Assembly: GCA_951406725.2 (NCBI GenBank)
Contig: OX597820.1
Location: 54,870,001-54,934,000 of the forward strand
From: Octopus vulgaris
Taxonomy: Eukaryota
DNA length: 64,000 nt
Direction: 5' to 3'
Below are positions 14,221-27,265 of this stretch, in pieces (position 1 is the stretch's first letter; each line of letters starts with the position of its first letter). Below the pieces are notes generated by a model that had not been told where the DNA came from, searched no databases, and worked only from the letters and a program-made list of their open reading frames with translations. The position numbers and the translations under genes are program-made.

Positions 14221-17200
14221 GACTTAGAGATGTTAAAAATGAATATCAACCATATTAGTCTCACTGATATAAGTTCACAGATGCAGCTTCTCCTAGGATG
14301 AACTCATAAATAAAAAGAAGATAGGTAATTTGTTAGTGTCAGGTGGATAAAGCGAAACAGGTTTTTACTCTTACTACATTCTGTTTTTAGGTTTATATAG
14401 TTTTTATCAAGGTGTTGTTCATATTCAAGCCAGCCTTGTTTGAACAGACCAACAATCAACAGTGTACCAGTTGTACTCATTCCTTATTTTTCTTAGGCAC
14501 AATACATTAACACCCACATTGATCTAAGTGTTCTTGAAACAGTAGAATGTTAATTCGTGGAAGATTAGTTGCTGTGAGGCAGGACTGGCAACTGCTCTCT
14601 CATTGGCTCATTGAGTTGTCTCCCTTGCCATCAATAATCTCCCTCTCATTCATGTGAGATTGTTTTCAATGTGTACTGAAAATGTACTGCGGCATTCACT
14701 ATTTTCCTTCCCACTGTCTATATATCTCACTTTAACCCGTTTTCTGCGTAACAGTACATTGTTAATATCGTGACCATTCTATTATCTTTTGTTTTTACTT
14801 ATACATCTAGTGTACTCTATAGGGCACTAGTGCTTACTGTGTATACTGCATTAAAACAAGGTTTTCTAATATAGGCACAAGGGCCTCAGTTTTAGAAGAA
14901 GGTGTAGATGCTATTTAATTGACTCCAATATTTGAATTTATGGTGTTGTTTTGTTGTTTCTGTTAATAAGACTCATAAAGAGTCTTTGACACCCTGCCAT
15001 CAATTTCTTCCTTTGTAATGAATCCTTGATAAATAATATTTAATTTTCTATTTTGTTTATACCCTGTAATTATACTGTGATGTTGAAATGCATATGAATG
15101 GATTGAATTAGAATTGCAGCTGAATTGAAATTCATTTTAATGACGTTCTGAAAGAAGAAAAGCAAAAATCGCATTCATGGCTTTTCAAGACCATTTTTGT
15201 TGGAATCAAAGGCATTGTATCAGTGGTACTTACAGTATCAACCAACACTTATGAGATTTGAACCGAGCACTAAGAAGCACCAGTTTCAAGTGCTGTAAGT
15301 CACTTAGTTTGTTGCTCTTCTATTTCTGTTGCCTTTTATGATAATAATAATAATAATAATTTTGAATTAGGTGCAGTGCTACAGATTATGATGCAGTGTA
15401 TATAGACTGGCTTTGGTACTAAAACTGAAAGGCAAAATCATCCCTGTGAAGTATTTACCAATTTTGTTATACACTATTAATGAATAGGAATATAGTTGAT
15501 TGAATTGATCTCAGTATATTGCTGGTACTAATTTTATTATCTTGGGGAGAATAAAATATGTCAACTCTAGCAAAATTTGAACTCATAGTTTTAGACCAGA
15601 ATGTTACCGCAGAGCTATACTTGATTGATAGATGGTACACAGACTAGAGGTGATGGTTGAAGCTTCCTAACAAGAATGTCCTTGATGATACATCATTTTT
15701 GTCACCTTTGGTTAGCAGAACAGTAACTTCACATAAGTTCAAGTACACTGGCTAATTCTCGGTTAATAAGAATATTATTGAAGTGCTAAAGTGCGAAGAA
15801 CTTATAAGACATAATGAAGACAACAAACTCATCAGGTTTAAAACATCATTTCCAGGAACCGAAAGAAATGCAAGCCTGCCTGTGATCACTCTACATAGTC
15901 TTTTGACTTGCCAGTCAACTGTCATGCCCTACTATGTTAAGAAAGAAAAGCACAGATTGAGTAATGTAATCCGGGATGTGTTACTTCTGAACAAAAATCA
16001 CAAGGAATGGTCAATGTTTGAATGCTTTGGCTATAAGCATGCTTGATCAGGGTTAATCTTGGACAAAACAAGAAGGGCATTTTCTTGAAACAAGTAGATT
16101 CAAAACATGAAATTTGAAAATTTAGAAATGGATTACATAAGAAACCTAAAAGAAAGATACTATGTTGAGGTGTTGTGAGAAAAGGTGATGACTAATGTTT
16201 CCAAAATAGTCTTTTACTCGATGGTAAGGGTCAATGTTTTCTTTCTCTAATGAAGAGTCCTGCTTAAAACTTTTTCTCTCTTTACACTAAAATGCAAGTC
16301 TTTGGTTTGTCTTTCCTATTCACTCTATAGTTCTTGTGACTTTCATTATTCACAAACATTGAAAGCAAAAGTATAAAATACTTCTTAAATACCAAAGGAA
16401 CTTTTATGGGCCTGTGGTGCATAACATTTATTTCATGAGTTTGAGAAGGTAACAAAAACAAAATCTCCCACTAGATAAAACATTGGTCTGATGCAGGTAT
16501 CATCCCCAGGTGATCTCATGAATGATTTTTTTTTTTTAGGTTATGTGAAGAGAGGTAATGTAGAATAATGTGACCTACCTGGGAACATAATGTAATACTT
16601 GCAGTGGACTTGAATTGGCAAACCACCAGTTGGTAGTTCAATTCCTTATCAGGCCATTTTGCTCTGATACATACTCATTGAGTAATAGAAGAAAATATTA
16701 AAATCAAATGCTGGCAAAACATGGGGAATCCCTAAATAGTAGTGCATTTGATGATCATCTTCCTTTTACATGTGATCACATGCATGCATGCATGCGCGCA
16801 CATACACATAAAACTGTAGCTAGGTTGGTAAATAGATAACAGATAATATATGATGTCTCTCGATATAGTCATGTAATTAAGAAGTTCAATTCACAATTAT
16901 CATGTTCTGGATTTGAATCCTCCACATGGCATCCTTGTGAGTAGAATCTGGTAAACTGAAACTAAGGAAGCCTGTGGTATTTTTGAATGTGTGTGTTTAT
17001 CTGTCTGTCTGTCTATCTGTTTATGTGTTTACCAATGTAAACTGTTGCATCTCTATGTTAAAGTGTCCTTTAGGGATTTGATGATCATCAATAAAATAGT
17101 ACTAGGCAAAAATAAGATTGACTAAAACTCTATGAAGCATTGTCTCCAGTATGGATGGCCTTTAGTTCAGTGACTGTAAAGAGTAATAGACTGTGTTAAA

Positions 17201-17679
17201 TTTCATTATCACATTATACCATATCTTTTGTTATCATTTTATTTTCAACTTTTGTCTTATTTTTTGCTTTCACTTTGTCATTAGCCTCTTCTTTACATCT
17301 GTATGTCTCTTTACATCCATATCTGTTCTTTACATCTGTCTGACCATATCAGTTTATCACTCTCCATTCTTTGAATTTCCCTCTGCTTCTCTCTCTCACA
17401 TTCTCTTTAATTTAGCACTGCCTACTATTTCTTATTCTCTGCATCTCTCTGCTAGTCTCACCCCCTGCCCTCTCTTTTTCTCTCTCTCACTCTCTCTCTC
17501 TCACCACTCCTCCATTCTTTCTGTCTTTCATCCTTTTACTTTGTGTTTGATTCAAATATTTAACTCTTTTCTGGAAAACAGACAAAATAACACTATCATC
17601 ATCATTATCATCATTAATTGCACCAATGGTAATAATTAAAATTGTAATTCTGATTATAATTAACACAGTAAAAATTATT

Positions 17680-18090
17680 TATAACATAAACACAAGGTCA
17701 CAGATTTTTGTGGGAGAAAATAGTTAATTTGATTGACCATAGTACTTTAACGGTCTCAGAAGGATGCAAGGTAAAGTTAATCATAGCGGATTTTGAACTG
17801 AAAATGTAAGGGAATGTAACTGAATGCTATAAGACATTTTGTCTGATGTTCTACTGAATTCCGCCATCCACTACCTTATTACACTAACAGTTTCTAACTC
17901 TGGCATAAGACCAGAAGTGTGAATCAATCTCAGTACATGCCAGTGGTTGTTTCTGTCAAACTCAGACAGATGAACGGTAGAGTAAACACTACTGGAATTT
18001 GAAGTCAGAATGTAGAAAGGTGGAACTAACTACCTTAGATACTTTTTTATCTTTACTCCAGCATTTTATCATTTCTGCCATTCCAGTTCT
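17680..18090 (-). mobile_element. Two degraded tandem Nin-type SINE copies
   Basis: AAGGATG.AAGGTAAAGTT...TTTGAACT motifs. Confidence 0.55.
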
Positions 18091-18182
18091 CTAAATGTTT
18101 TGATATTGGTTGTTGTTGTTGTTTAACCCTTGGTCAAAGACTTTCCAACCATGATCATCTTGTCTTTAAGCTATCTGGTTAA

Positions 18183-18657
18183 CGTACCTGGCGCATATGC
18201 ATAAGATCTGGTCATCAAATCTAAGTAGAGATTTCAAACTTAAAATCTTCAAAGCCACAGTCGAACCAATTCTGCTATATGGCTCAGAAACCTGGACGTT
18301 ATCAAAGAAGCTTGAGAGGCGGCTGGATGGAACTTACATTCGCCTCCTTATGAGAGCTCAAAATCTCTCGTAGAAGCGTCATCCAACCAAAGTACAAATA
18401 TATGGGAAACTACTACCTGTATCATCTCTTGTGAAAGATAGAAGAGTCCAGTTTGCTGGACATTGTTATAGAGCTGAAAACAAGGTAATTTCTGCTCGTC
18501 TCCTCTGGAAGCCATCTACTCACGATACCAGAGGGTGCACACTCTCCTACCCTGATGTAATCTCCAGGGATACAGGCATCCAGCAACAGGACCTCCGTAA
18601 TGCTATGATGGACGGTGAAGTCTGGCATAGCATAGTAAATTCCATTGTCTCGACCAC
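18183..18657 (+). mobile_element. RTE/RTEX-clade LINE ORF2 C-terminal remnant
   Basis: KLKIFKATVEPILLYGSETWTLSKKLERRLDGTYIRLL...RRVQFAGHCYR, with the RTE-typical LLYGSETW and GH motifs. Confidence 0.85.
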
Positions 18658-19429
18658 TTTTCTACGATTCTTGTTATAGGAATCAAACTTATTTTCATTC
18701 TAGAAGTCTAAACATATACACTGTATTTTCTGATCACTCTAACCTAGTGAAGCAATTTGTTCTGATACTGTCTCCTCCATTAATCTCAGTGTGCAAAAAA
18801 ACTTGTGCTGTTTTTTTTTTCTATGTACAGATCTATCCATGTGTATCAAGGCATTCAAATGTGTTTTGCATTTCCAATAAAGACTACCTTTCTGTAACTA
18901 CAACTACTGCTCTGTTGCCCTCACCTTCAGCATCACAGAGGTGATAGATGTATATAAATAAACCATCTCTTTTCTTTACCTTTACCATTTAAATCAGTCA
19001 TATCTGGCCCAAATATTCTACCTCTATGTTTAAACCAGCCTGATTTGGCCTCTCACACCTATCCTACAATTCTGAAAATAAATAATCACATCATCAAAAT
19101 CTTGAAGCTAAAATATAATGCATGATTAATTCAAAACAATGTGAATAAATAAGTATTACATTTGACAGATTAATCTGAGTGCTAGAGAATCAACCCTCTG
19201 TTGCTTCTCGGTGGCCACCATTTTAGTTTCCCTTGATCAGGTTTACTAGAAACTTGCCCCACATTATTACATGTTAATGGCTTCTTGCTCTTAAAACTTT
19301 ATCAAAGCAAAAGTGTTGTCTTTGACACCAGCAAAACATTCAAATTTATCTAGAAGAAAAATTTAACTGAATTGCTCATCTGTTTTCTTTCATATGTCTT
19401 CATAGCTGTTTGTGTTGACGGCTCTTTCC

Positions 19430-20060
19430 AGAACACTGGTGTACCCTAAGGCTTACTTATATCTATACTCTTCCTGTATATTGATGGCTTTACCATTAGT
19501 TTTAACCACACACACACACACTCTCACACACATTCACTGTCTCTCTCTCTCTCACACACACACATGCACACACTCCTTTACTGCCTTTGCAAATGATACC
19601 ATGTTTCACTCTTCTTTCAACCCTGTACAAACAAACATCATCCATCACAACCTAAATACCTCATGTCAGTCAAAACCTTGTTGCCACCCATGAATGAAGA
19701 CAGGACAACTGAGTCTCTAGCAACAGTGCAAAGACATAGTCTTGCACTACGCTCCAACTATAAATAAATTCATGCAAGATAGACCTTGCAATTTCTGATG
19801 ATCTATCAGGACACTTTCCATGACTGTATAACATTACCAAAACCTATATCCTAAAATTAGGCTTCCTCTTCAGAGACAAAATATGTTTGTCCTCATCAGT
19901 TTCTTTTCAGCTGTAGCCCACATTATAGTATGGATCACATTTAAGACAGTGCTGCTTCCTGTGTCCCCCCTCCCAGGCCCCCATTCAAACAAAATGGCAG
20001 TCAGGTGATTAACAAAGTTTCAACCACTATCACTTTACAATTGCTGCTTCAAAAACATAG
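19430..20060 (+). mobile_element. Degraded LINE ORF2 remnant, apparently continuing at 22390-22620 after nested insertions
   Basis: TGVP*G, HSFTAFANDT (decayed YADD) and KLGFLFR motifs. Confidence 0.55.
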
Positions 20061-20084
20061 TTTCTTTTCTCTTTTATTCCGTTA

Positions 20085-22385
20085 CCCTTTTACTAGTTTC
20101 AGTCATTAGATTGTGGCCGTGTTGGGGCACCGCTCTGAAGAATTTTAGTTGAATGAATCAACCCCAGGAATTTTTATTTTTTAAGCTTAGTACTTATTCT
20201 ATCGGTATCTTTTGCTGGACTGCTAAGTTACAGGGACATAAACCCACCAACACCGGTTCTCAAGCGGTGGTGAGGAACAAACACAGATACACACATGCAC
20301 ACAAATCATCATCGTCATCATCATTTAATGTCCGTTTTCCATGCTGGCATGGGTTGGATGATTTGACTGGGAACTTGCAAGCTGGGAGGCCACACCAGGC
20401 TCCAATCTGATCTATCAAGGTTTTTACAGCTGGATGCCCTTCCTAACACCAACCACTCTATGAGTGTAGCAGGTGCTTTTACGTGCTACCAGCATGGGAA
20501 CCAGTCAGGCGGCACTGGCTTCGATCACGTTCGGATGGTGCTTTTTATGTGCCACTGGTACAGGGAACCAGTCAGGCAGCTCTGGCAGCGACCCACGCAT
20601 GAATGGTACTTATTGCATGCCACCAGCACTGGTATTGGCCACAACTACAATTTCCATTTGATTTGATTTGATTTTGATTTACTTGACTCAGTAGGTCTCC
20701 TCAAGCACGATATGTCACCTGATGATTCAAAGGTACTTTTTTTAAATGGGCTGGTTATGTGACACTGGGGTAGGCTATGGCTGTGATCTCACTTTCCTTG
20801 CTGGGTCTTCTCAATCACCGAGGTCTCGGTCTTTCATCATTGCCTCTGTGAGGCCCAATGTTCGAAGGTCATGCTTCACCATCTCATCCCATGTCTTTCT
20901 GGGTCTCCCTCTTCCACGGGTTCCTTCCACTGTTAGGGAGTGACACTTCTTCACACAGCTCTCCTCATCCATACATAGCACATGACCATACCAGTGCAGT
21001 CATCTCTCCTGTACACCACATCTGATGCTTCTTATGTCCAACATTTCTCTCAGGGCGCTTACACTCTGTCGTGTGTGCACACTGACATTACACATCCAGA
21101 GGATCATACTAGCTTCATTTCTTTGGAGCCTATGCATATCTTCAGCAGTCACGGTCCATGTTTGACTGTTGTATAACATGCATCATGCAGTCTACCTTTC
21201 ACTCTGAGCAATAGACCCTTTGTCACCAGTAGAGGTAAGAGCTTTCTGAACTTTGCCCAGGCTATTCTTATTCTAGTGGCAACACTCTCTGAGCATCCAC
21301 CCACCATTACAGACTTGGTCGCCTAGGTAGTGGAAGCTATCAACTACTTCTAGTTTCTCCCCCTGGCATGTGATGGAATCAGTTTTCTGAGCATCCGTGG
21401 TGTTTATTGTCCCTGTGCATCTGCCGCACACAAATGCTATCTTCCCGGTTAACCTTCCTTTGATGTTGTTGCACCTCTTATAAATCCATAACTTAAACTG
21501 GAGACATTTTATGGAGTTTCTACCTACACCTTTTCTACAGATTGAGCAGGGCCATCTACCTGAAGGAGTTTGTGATGTGTTTGCTTTCCTACTTACTAGG
21601 ACTTTGGTTTTTGCAACATTGACTCTAAGGCTCTTCAATTCTAAACCTTGCTTCCACACCTGAAATTTCTTCTCTAGTTCTGGTAGTGATGTAGTGATTC
21701 TGCAATGAGAGCAAGGTCATCAGCATAGAGGAGCTTCCAGGGGCAGCCTGTCTTGAATTCCTCTGTCATTGCCTGGAGGACTATGATGAATAAGAAGGGG
21801 CTGAGGGTTGATCCTTGGTGAACTCCTACCTCTACACGGAATCCTTCGCTATATTCATTGCTGACCCTTATGTTACTAACGCCATCCCTGTACAAGACCA
21901 TTACTGCTCTTATTAACCACTCGTCAATCCCCAGTTTCCGCATTGCCCACTAGATAAGGGATCGGGGAACCCTGTCAAAGGGTTTCTTCAAGTCAACAAA
22001 AGCCAATTATAGAGGTTTATTTTTGGCTAGGTATTTCTCCTGCAGTTGCCGTACCAGGAATATAGCATCAGTGGTGCTTTTCTACCTGGCACAAAACTGA
22101 ACTGCATCTCGTCTAAGCAGACTCTCTCCCTAATTAGTTGGGCTATGACCCTCTCTGTAACTTTCATCACCTGATCCAGCAGTTTGATACCCCTGTAATT
22201 ATTTCTATACAAACACACACACACACATCCTGGGCTTCTTTCAGTTTCTGTCTACCAGATCCACTAACAAGACTTTGGTTGGCTTGAGGCTATAGTAGAA
22301 GACACTTGCCGAGGGTGCTACATGGTGGGATTGAACCTGGAACCATGTAGCTGGGGAGCAAATTTCTTACCATACAGCCACTCTA
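20085..22385 (-). mobile_element. OR-type tRNA SINE split by an RTE insertion (tail 20085-20300, head 22210-22385)
   Basis: Both halves match the reverse complement of 62733-63143; the break falls in the SINE's internal (CA/TG)n tract. Confidence 0.75.
20305..22207 (-). mobile_element. 5'-truncated RTE-clade LINE (RT domain to 3' tail), frameshifted
   Basis: NYRGIKLLDQVMKV, VGVHQGSTLSPFLF, LLYADDL, WPCSICRKGVGRNSI zinc finger, 3' UTR and (CAT)n tail. Confidence 0.92.
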
Positions 22386-22680
22386 CTAGTGTTTCTATAA
22401 AAATCTCTGCTTCTCCTTTGTATCAAAATGTTGCATGCCCCTACCCTTCTCTATCGGCTCTCCAGACACACCTGTAGCTCTTCTTTCATCATCCCTACTT
22501 GGTCTCAATCCCCTCATACATTGCACTAAAACTCTTTACTCTTGTCCGTATACATGGTTTCTCTCTGGGCAGTTCTCCTAAAACTTAAAACTGTCTATCA
22601 ACTGCATTGTTCTCACCAGTCTGGGATAGTTATCTCTTTTGGTTAACCCTTTAGTATTCAGATTACTCTGTCATATGTAA

Positions 22681-23030
22681 AGGGTAAAGACACCCCGCCA
22701 CCTTCGGTCATGAATGACCATAGGATTGCCCCTAGAAAGTTACCCCGCCGAGGCACAAGTCCAGGCAAGGTTGTTTATGGAAGACCAGCAGTCACCCATG
22801 CATAACAGTCTCCCCTCTTCATGCCACCGATGTTATCCAAGGAAAGGCAAAGACTGATACAGTTTGGCATCAGTGATGTCGCAATTTATTTCTACAGCTG
22901 AGTGAACTGGAGCAACATGAAATAAAGTGTCTTTCTCAAGAACACAACACATAGCTTGGTTCAGGAATTGAACTCATTACCTTGTGATTGTGAACCGGAT
23001 GCTCTAACCACTGAGCCATGCACCTTCACA
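22681..23030 (-). mobile_element. tRNA-derived SINE (V/Meta-like central domain) inserted into a piggyBac-like MITE
   Basis: Box A TGGCTCAGTGG and box B GAGTTCAATTCC on the - strand; 14-bp TSD TCTGTCAT(A/C)TGTAA at 22667-22680 and 23031-23044. Confidence 0.85.
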
Positions 23031-23269
23031 TCTGTCATCTGTAATGCTTATTTACCCACATTGTTTTGAATTTACCATACATTATTTTTTAAGCGTTGAA
23101 ATTTCAGTGAATGTGAGTGTTTATTTTTAGAATGATATTGTCGGGCAGGGGTGAGAGACCTGATCTCATCAGTTTTAACATAAAACAGGTAGAATATTTG
23201 GGCCTGATATGGTCAGTTTGAAAACTAAAGGGTTAAATTCATAGAAAAATATAGTAGTCGAAGTAACAG

Positions 23270-24330
23270 TTGCCATATCAGTAGCTATAACATCATTAAT
23301 AGTAGTAGTAGTAGTAGCAGCAGGAGCAGCTGTAGTAGTGGTGGTAATAGTAGTGCTCATTGTTATTGCTGTAGTAGTTTCAGTGAAAGGGTTTACAGCA
23401 GTGACAGTAGTCGATCTTGTTGTTGTTGTTGCCTACCCCTATCCACCCCAAATTAGCTTTGATGAGTAGATCTGTCATCAAGGACATTCCCACATGATTA
23501 TCTGATTTTCTTTTTCTATGCATAATGAACCATGGACTACACTATTCAACGTGTCCCTTTTTTTTTTTTTTAAGATGGTGTTATTTGAAGTAGTTTGGCT
23601 GCCATTTCTAGCAGGTTGAGTAATTAATGTAGTCTCCCTTGCAGCAGTTGTATCAATGGATGTAGCTATATTTGTTTTAGTAATAGCAGCAGTAGTAAGA
23701 GTAGCAGTAATAGCACTTGTAGTTGTAATAGCAGCAGCAGCAGCAGTAGTAATGGTAGTAGTTGCAGTAGTCAACCATTGTTAATAACATACATGCACAC
23801 ACCACTGTCATCAGTTCACAGCACCTCTGTGTGTGTGGGCGTGTGTGTTTGCATGTACGCATGCGCATCTGTATGTGTGTAATATACTGCTGAAGCTGTT
23901 TTTGTTGTTACAGAAGTAGTCAATCACTGCAATAGCAGCAGTAGTAGCAGCAGCAGTAGATGTACTCTTAATAGCAACAATATATGATAAAGCAACAGTA
24001 GATTTAATACCATCATTACTATTATTATCATCTTCATTATCACTATCAGCATCACTGTCAACACCACCATCATTGCCATCAAACCACCATCGGAAGGGAC
24101 CATCATCTTCATAACCACTACCATCATAATCATCACTATCACCACCAATGTCACAATCGTCACCATTTACTACCATCGGCATCACCACTGCCATCATCAT
24201 CACAGTGATCTTCATCCCCGTCACCGACACCATCGCCTTTGTCACAACCATCATCATTAACTTCATAAACATATATATATAAGCAATATCATCATTGTCA
24301 TCATTGCTGTTGTTATTGTTTTTATGATGT
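23270..24330. repeat. Low-complexity trinucleotide tracts (GTA/GCA/CAT/CAC)
   Basis: Degenerate (AGT)n, (AGC)n and (ATC)n runs; source of spurious Thr/Asp-rich ORFs. Confidence 0.8.
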
Positions 24331-24599
24331 AAAGAAATCATAGGTCAATAAAATGAATATAAGAATCATCAGCAACATCTTCCTTAATATTATAATTATT
24401 TTTGTTATTAGTATTGAAATAGCAGAAATAATATTGTGTTGGGTGGGATATCTCCTTGTTGCATTAAGTCCTGTTCAGGATAAGTTTACTTTTCATCTCT
24501 TTTAGAATTATTGATGTAACTCTCTGGGTTATTGATATTTTTACTTCCAGTAAGAATGCCTTGTGGTATCTAGTGCATTATGAGTTGAAAACTTTTCCA

Positions 24600-25140
24600 T
24601 CCCTCCCTCCCAAGGATTTACATGGATTTACATGAGATCAACAACAACAATAGAAACATCAATTAAGAGACAACAATAAGTAGCAATAACAATATAGAAA
24701 AAACAAAAAAAAAAACTCTTCGAAACAGGACAGTGGGGCAGCCATTATGGTTTTTTGGGGCACCTACCCCTCACATAATCTCATGCACACCAAAATAAGT
24801 GCCATCTTCCAGTGCTCATTACGAGGCCCATTTAGCAATACCAGTTTTTCCACTCTCACATGCTTTTCATAAAATTTACTGAAGGGCAACATTTCCCTCT
24901 TCATCCTTGCTTTCCTTTTTATATGGACTTGAAGAAGTTGAGGAGAGCCTGAGAAGAAAAGCTCCATCCTCAAACCTTCCATCTATGTCCATAATGTGAC
25001 TTCCTTCACTATAATCACCTGAAAGAGGAAAGTCACCCTCACTTCCTTGTCAGAGGAAGGCGTTGAGTTGATCTTCATGCTAAACTCAACAGATAGCCTG
25101 ATCCATCGGGCACGTGATAATGACATAATACCACAAATCA
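24600..25140 (-). mobile_element. Tx1/L1-like LINE 3' end remnant
   Basis: HIKRKARMKREMLPFSKFYEKHVRVEKLVLLNGP plus 3' UTR; homologous to the + copy at 25350-25800. Clade assigned from recalled Tx1 ORF2 C-termini. Confidence 0.55.
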
Positions 25141-25349
25141 GCTATGCATAGACACTGAAAAAGGGTGTGTATTGAAAGGTATCACAACCCTGCAGACATC
25201 TTAAGCAGGAGATGTATACAGGGTGACTCCAATATGACCATACCGTTAATGGCTACATATATTTAAATATATGTATATATATAAGAATGGAGTGCGGCTA
25301 ATTGAATTGACTCCAGTGAATCGCTGGTACTTATTTCATCAACGAATTG

Positions 25350-25800
25350 AGGAGGCTAGGCTCTCTTCTACTTCTTATTCAAGTGCCATGCGAAGAGAAA
25401 GGTGAAAATAAGGAGGGAAGTGCTGCCTTCCAAGAATTTTAATGAAAGGTGTGCGAGAATGCCAAAATTGGCATTGTTAAATGGGCCTCCTAATTTAACT
25501 ATCTGGCTGTCAGCTGGTGGCAAGGGCTGCCAGAGGACACTTGCTTTGGTGTGCCAGAGATTGTGAGGGTGTGTGTCCAAAGTCGCTCTTAATGACTACT
25601 CCCTTTTCTGTTTGAAGAGTTCTTTCTTATTATTTCCCCACCCTACATTATTATCGCTATTTATCATTGTCTCTTTAGCTAGTGTGTCTTTATTGTCATT
25701 ATTGTTGATCTCATCTTTTTACTCCAAGTAAACCCTCCACCATTTCTTCCTTTTTTTTTTTATTTCACCTTTGTGCTGTCCTCAATAAATTGAACCCTTG
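25350..25800 (+). mobile_element. Tx1/L1-like LINE 3' end remnant
   Basis: HAKRKVKIRREVLPSKNFNERCARMPKLALLNGP, then a UTR sharing CTGTTT(C)GAAGAGTT and TTGTTGATCTCAT with the - copy; AATAAA near 25783. Confidence 0.55.
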
Positions 25801-26399
25801 TGGCTAATGAAATAAATCTTAAGGCAGACAGTAAAAGGACGAGATCAACAACAATGACATGAATGACGGGACAACAACAAATAACAATAACAATAAAGGA
25901 AAAAAACTAATCCTTGAAATGGGAGAGAGGAGAAATCTATTAGGGTTATTTGCCCTTCCCCATACATATTTATGTGTTTGTGTGTATGCATGTATGTGTA
26001 TATTCTGTGTGCCTTGCATTTAATATTTCATGTTCTGAGTTCAAACCCTGCTGATATCAACGGCATAATTTATCTTCACAGGATCAATAAAATTTCTATT
26101 AGTCAAGTACTTGGGTTGATTTAATTGGTATTTCATTTCCTCAAAATTTGAAGCCTTGTGCTAATATACTGTGATCCTTATTTTCAAAATCGTCCCCTTT
26201 ATTATTTTTGTAATCATTCTCATTATCATCATTAATAGCGTTGTTATAATCATCTTCATCATTGTCATTAACAGCTGCTACTGTAGCAGTTATGGCAGTA
26301 GTAGTAGCATCAGCTGTGTTAGAAGCAACAGAGCAGTCAACAGTAGTAGTAGCAGCAGTGGTAGAGGAAGCAACAGTAGTCATAGCAGCAGTAGCAGCA

Positions 26400-27141
26400 A
26401 CAGTAGGAGTATTAGCTGCAGATGTGTTGCTAACAGCAGTTGTCAGTTGCGGACGATCGAGTGTCTGGTCTAAGAGAGGAAGGTGTTACCGTGTCAGTGA
26501 GGCCTGTCAGGCACCATCCACAACTGAAACCTGCCTCCGGTTAGCCTACAGTTGCTGGGGGGAGAGGAGAGGGACCCCGTACACTGCCCTGCCTGCTATT
26601 GCCACCACTATCACCAATGGTGTAACGCTGCACCAGTCCAGCTGTAGCAACAACAACAAAACTGCACTTGTAGTGGTCTTCTACGTTTCTCTTTTTTATT
26701 TTCACAGCATTTTTTTACACTCCATTCCATTACCTGGTAACCTTGTTGCTTTCTTGCACACCCAGACAAACAATTCTTAACATAAGAATTCCTCTTTTTA
26801 CTCTTACTCCTTCCTTTTGTTCTTCAACTTTCTCTTTCTCTTTTCATTTTCTTCTTCTTCATTCTACCACCTGTGTTTTTCATCTGACCTCACTTCCTAC
26901 ATAGTCTTACTATCACACCCACCTTTTCTCATCACCATTATAACCATTTTGACAAACCAGCGCACTGGCATCTGCAGCCATTTCCTCCATCCAGGCGACA
27001 TACACGCCAGCCTGCTGTGTTGACAGCAGCCGTGGCGGTGGGGCTGGTGCCAGCGATGTTGGCGATGGCGGGGCATGTGGCGGGGATGAGATCGAAGAGG
27101 AGGGGGGAGGCGGTGGCCCCGGAGCTGGCGGCGTCGGGATT
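26400..27141 (+). promoter_or_regulatory. Putative promoter/5' leader region of the RUFY exon
   Basis: GC/CpG-richer blocks (26440-26650, 26955-27141) free of recognisable TEs, separated by a pyrimidine tract, directly upstream of the conserved exon. Confidence 0.4.
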
Positions 27142-27265
27142 ATGGCCCAGGAGACAATCTACCTGTGCAACTTCAGGGTATCAGTGGATGGCGACTGGTT
27201 GTGCCTGCGCGAACTCAGCGATGTGCAGGTGGAAATGCCACCTATCCTGCCCTCCATTGAAGACG
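27142..27265 (+). CDS. RUFY: Coding exon of a RUN and FYVE domain-containing protein (RUFY2/RUFY3-like), N-terminal motif exon; phase-1 intron follows
   Basis: Translates to MAQETIYLCNFRVSVDGDWLCLRELSDVQVEMPPILPSIED plus one G, then a canonical donor GTAAGT at 27266. It closely resembles the human RUFY3 N-terminus as I recall it (METIYLCKFRVSMDGEWLCLRELDDISLTPDPEPTHED). Locally GC/CpG-rich. Not in the ORF track because it is under 60 aa. Confidence 0.88.

Noticed and set aside
23478-24341. Thr-, Asp- and Met-rich ORFs
   Set aside because: Trinucleotide low-complexity sequence with no domain or splice evidence.
26262-26780. 172-aa ORF upstream of RUFY
   Set aside because: Non-ATG start within a (GCA/GTA)n tract and no recognisable homology.
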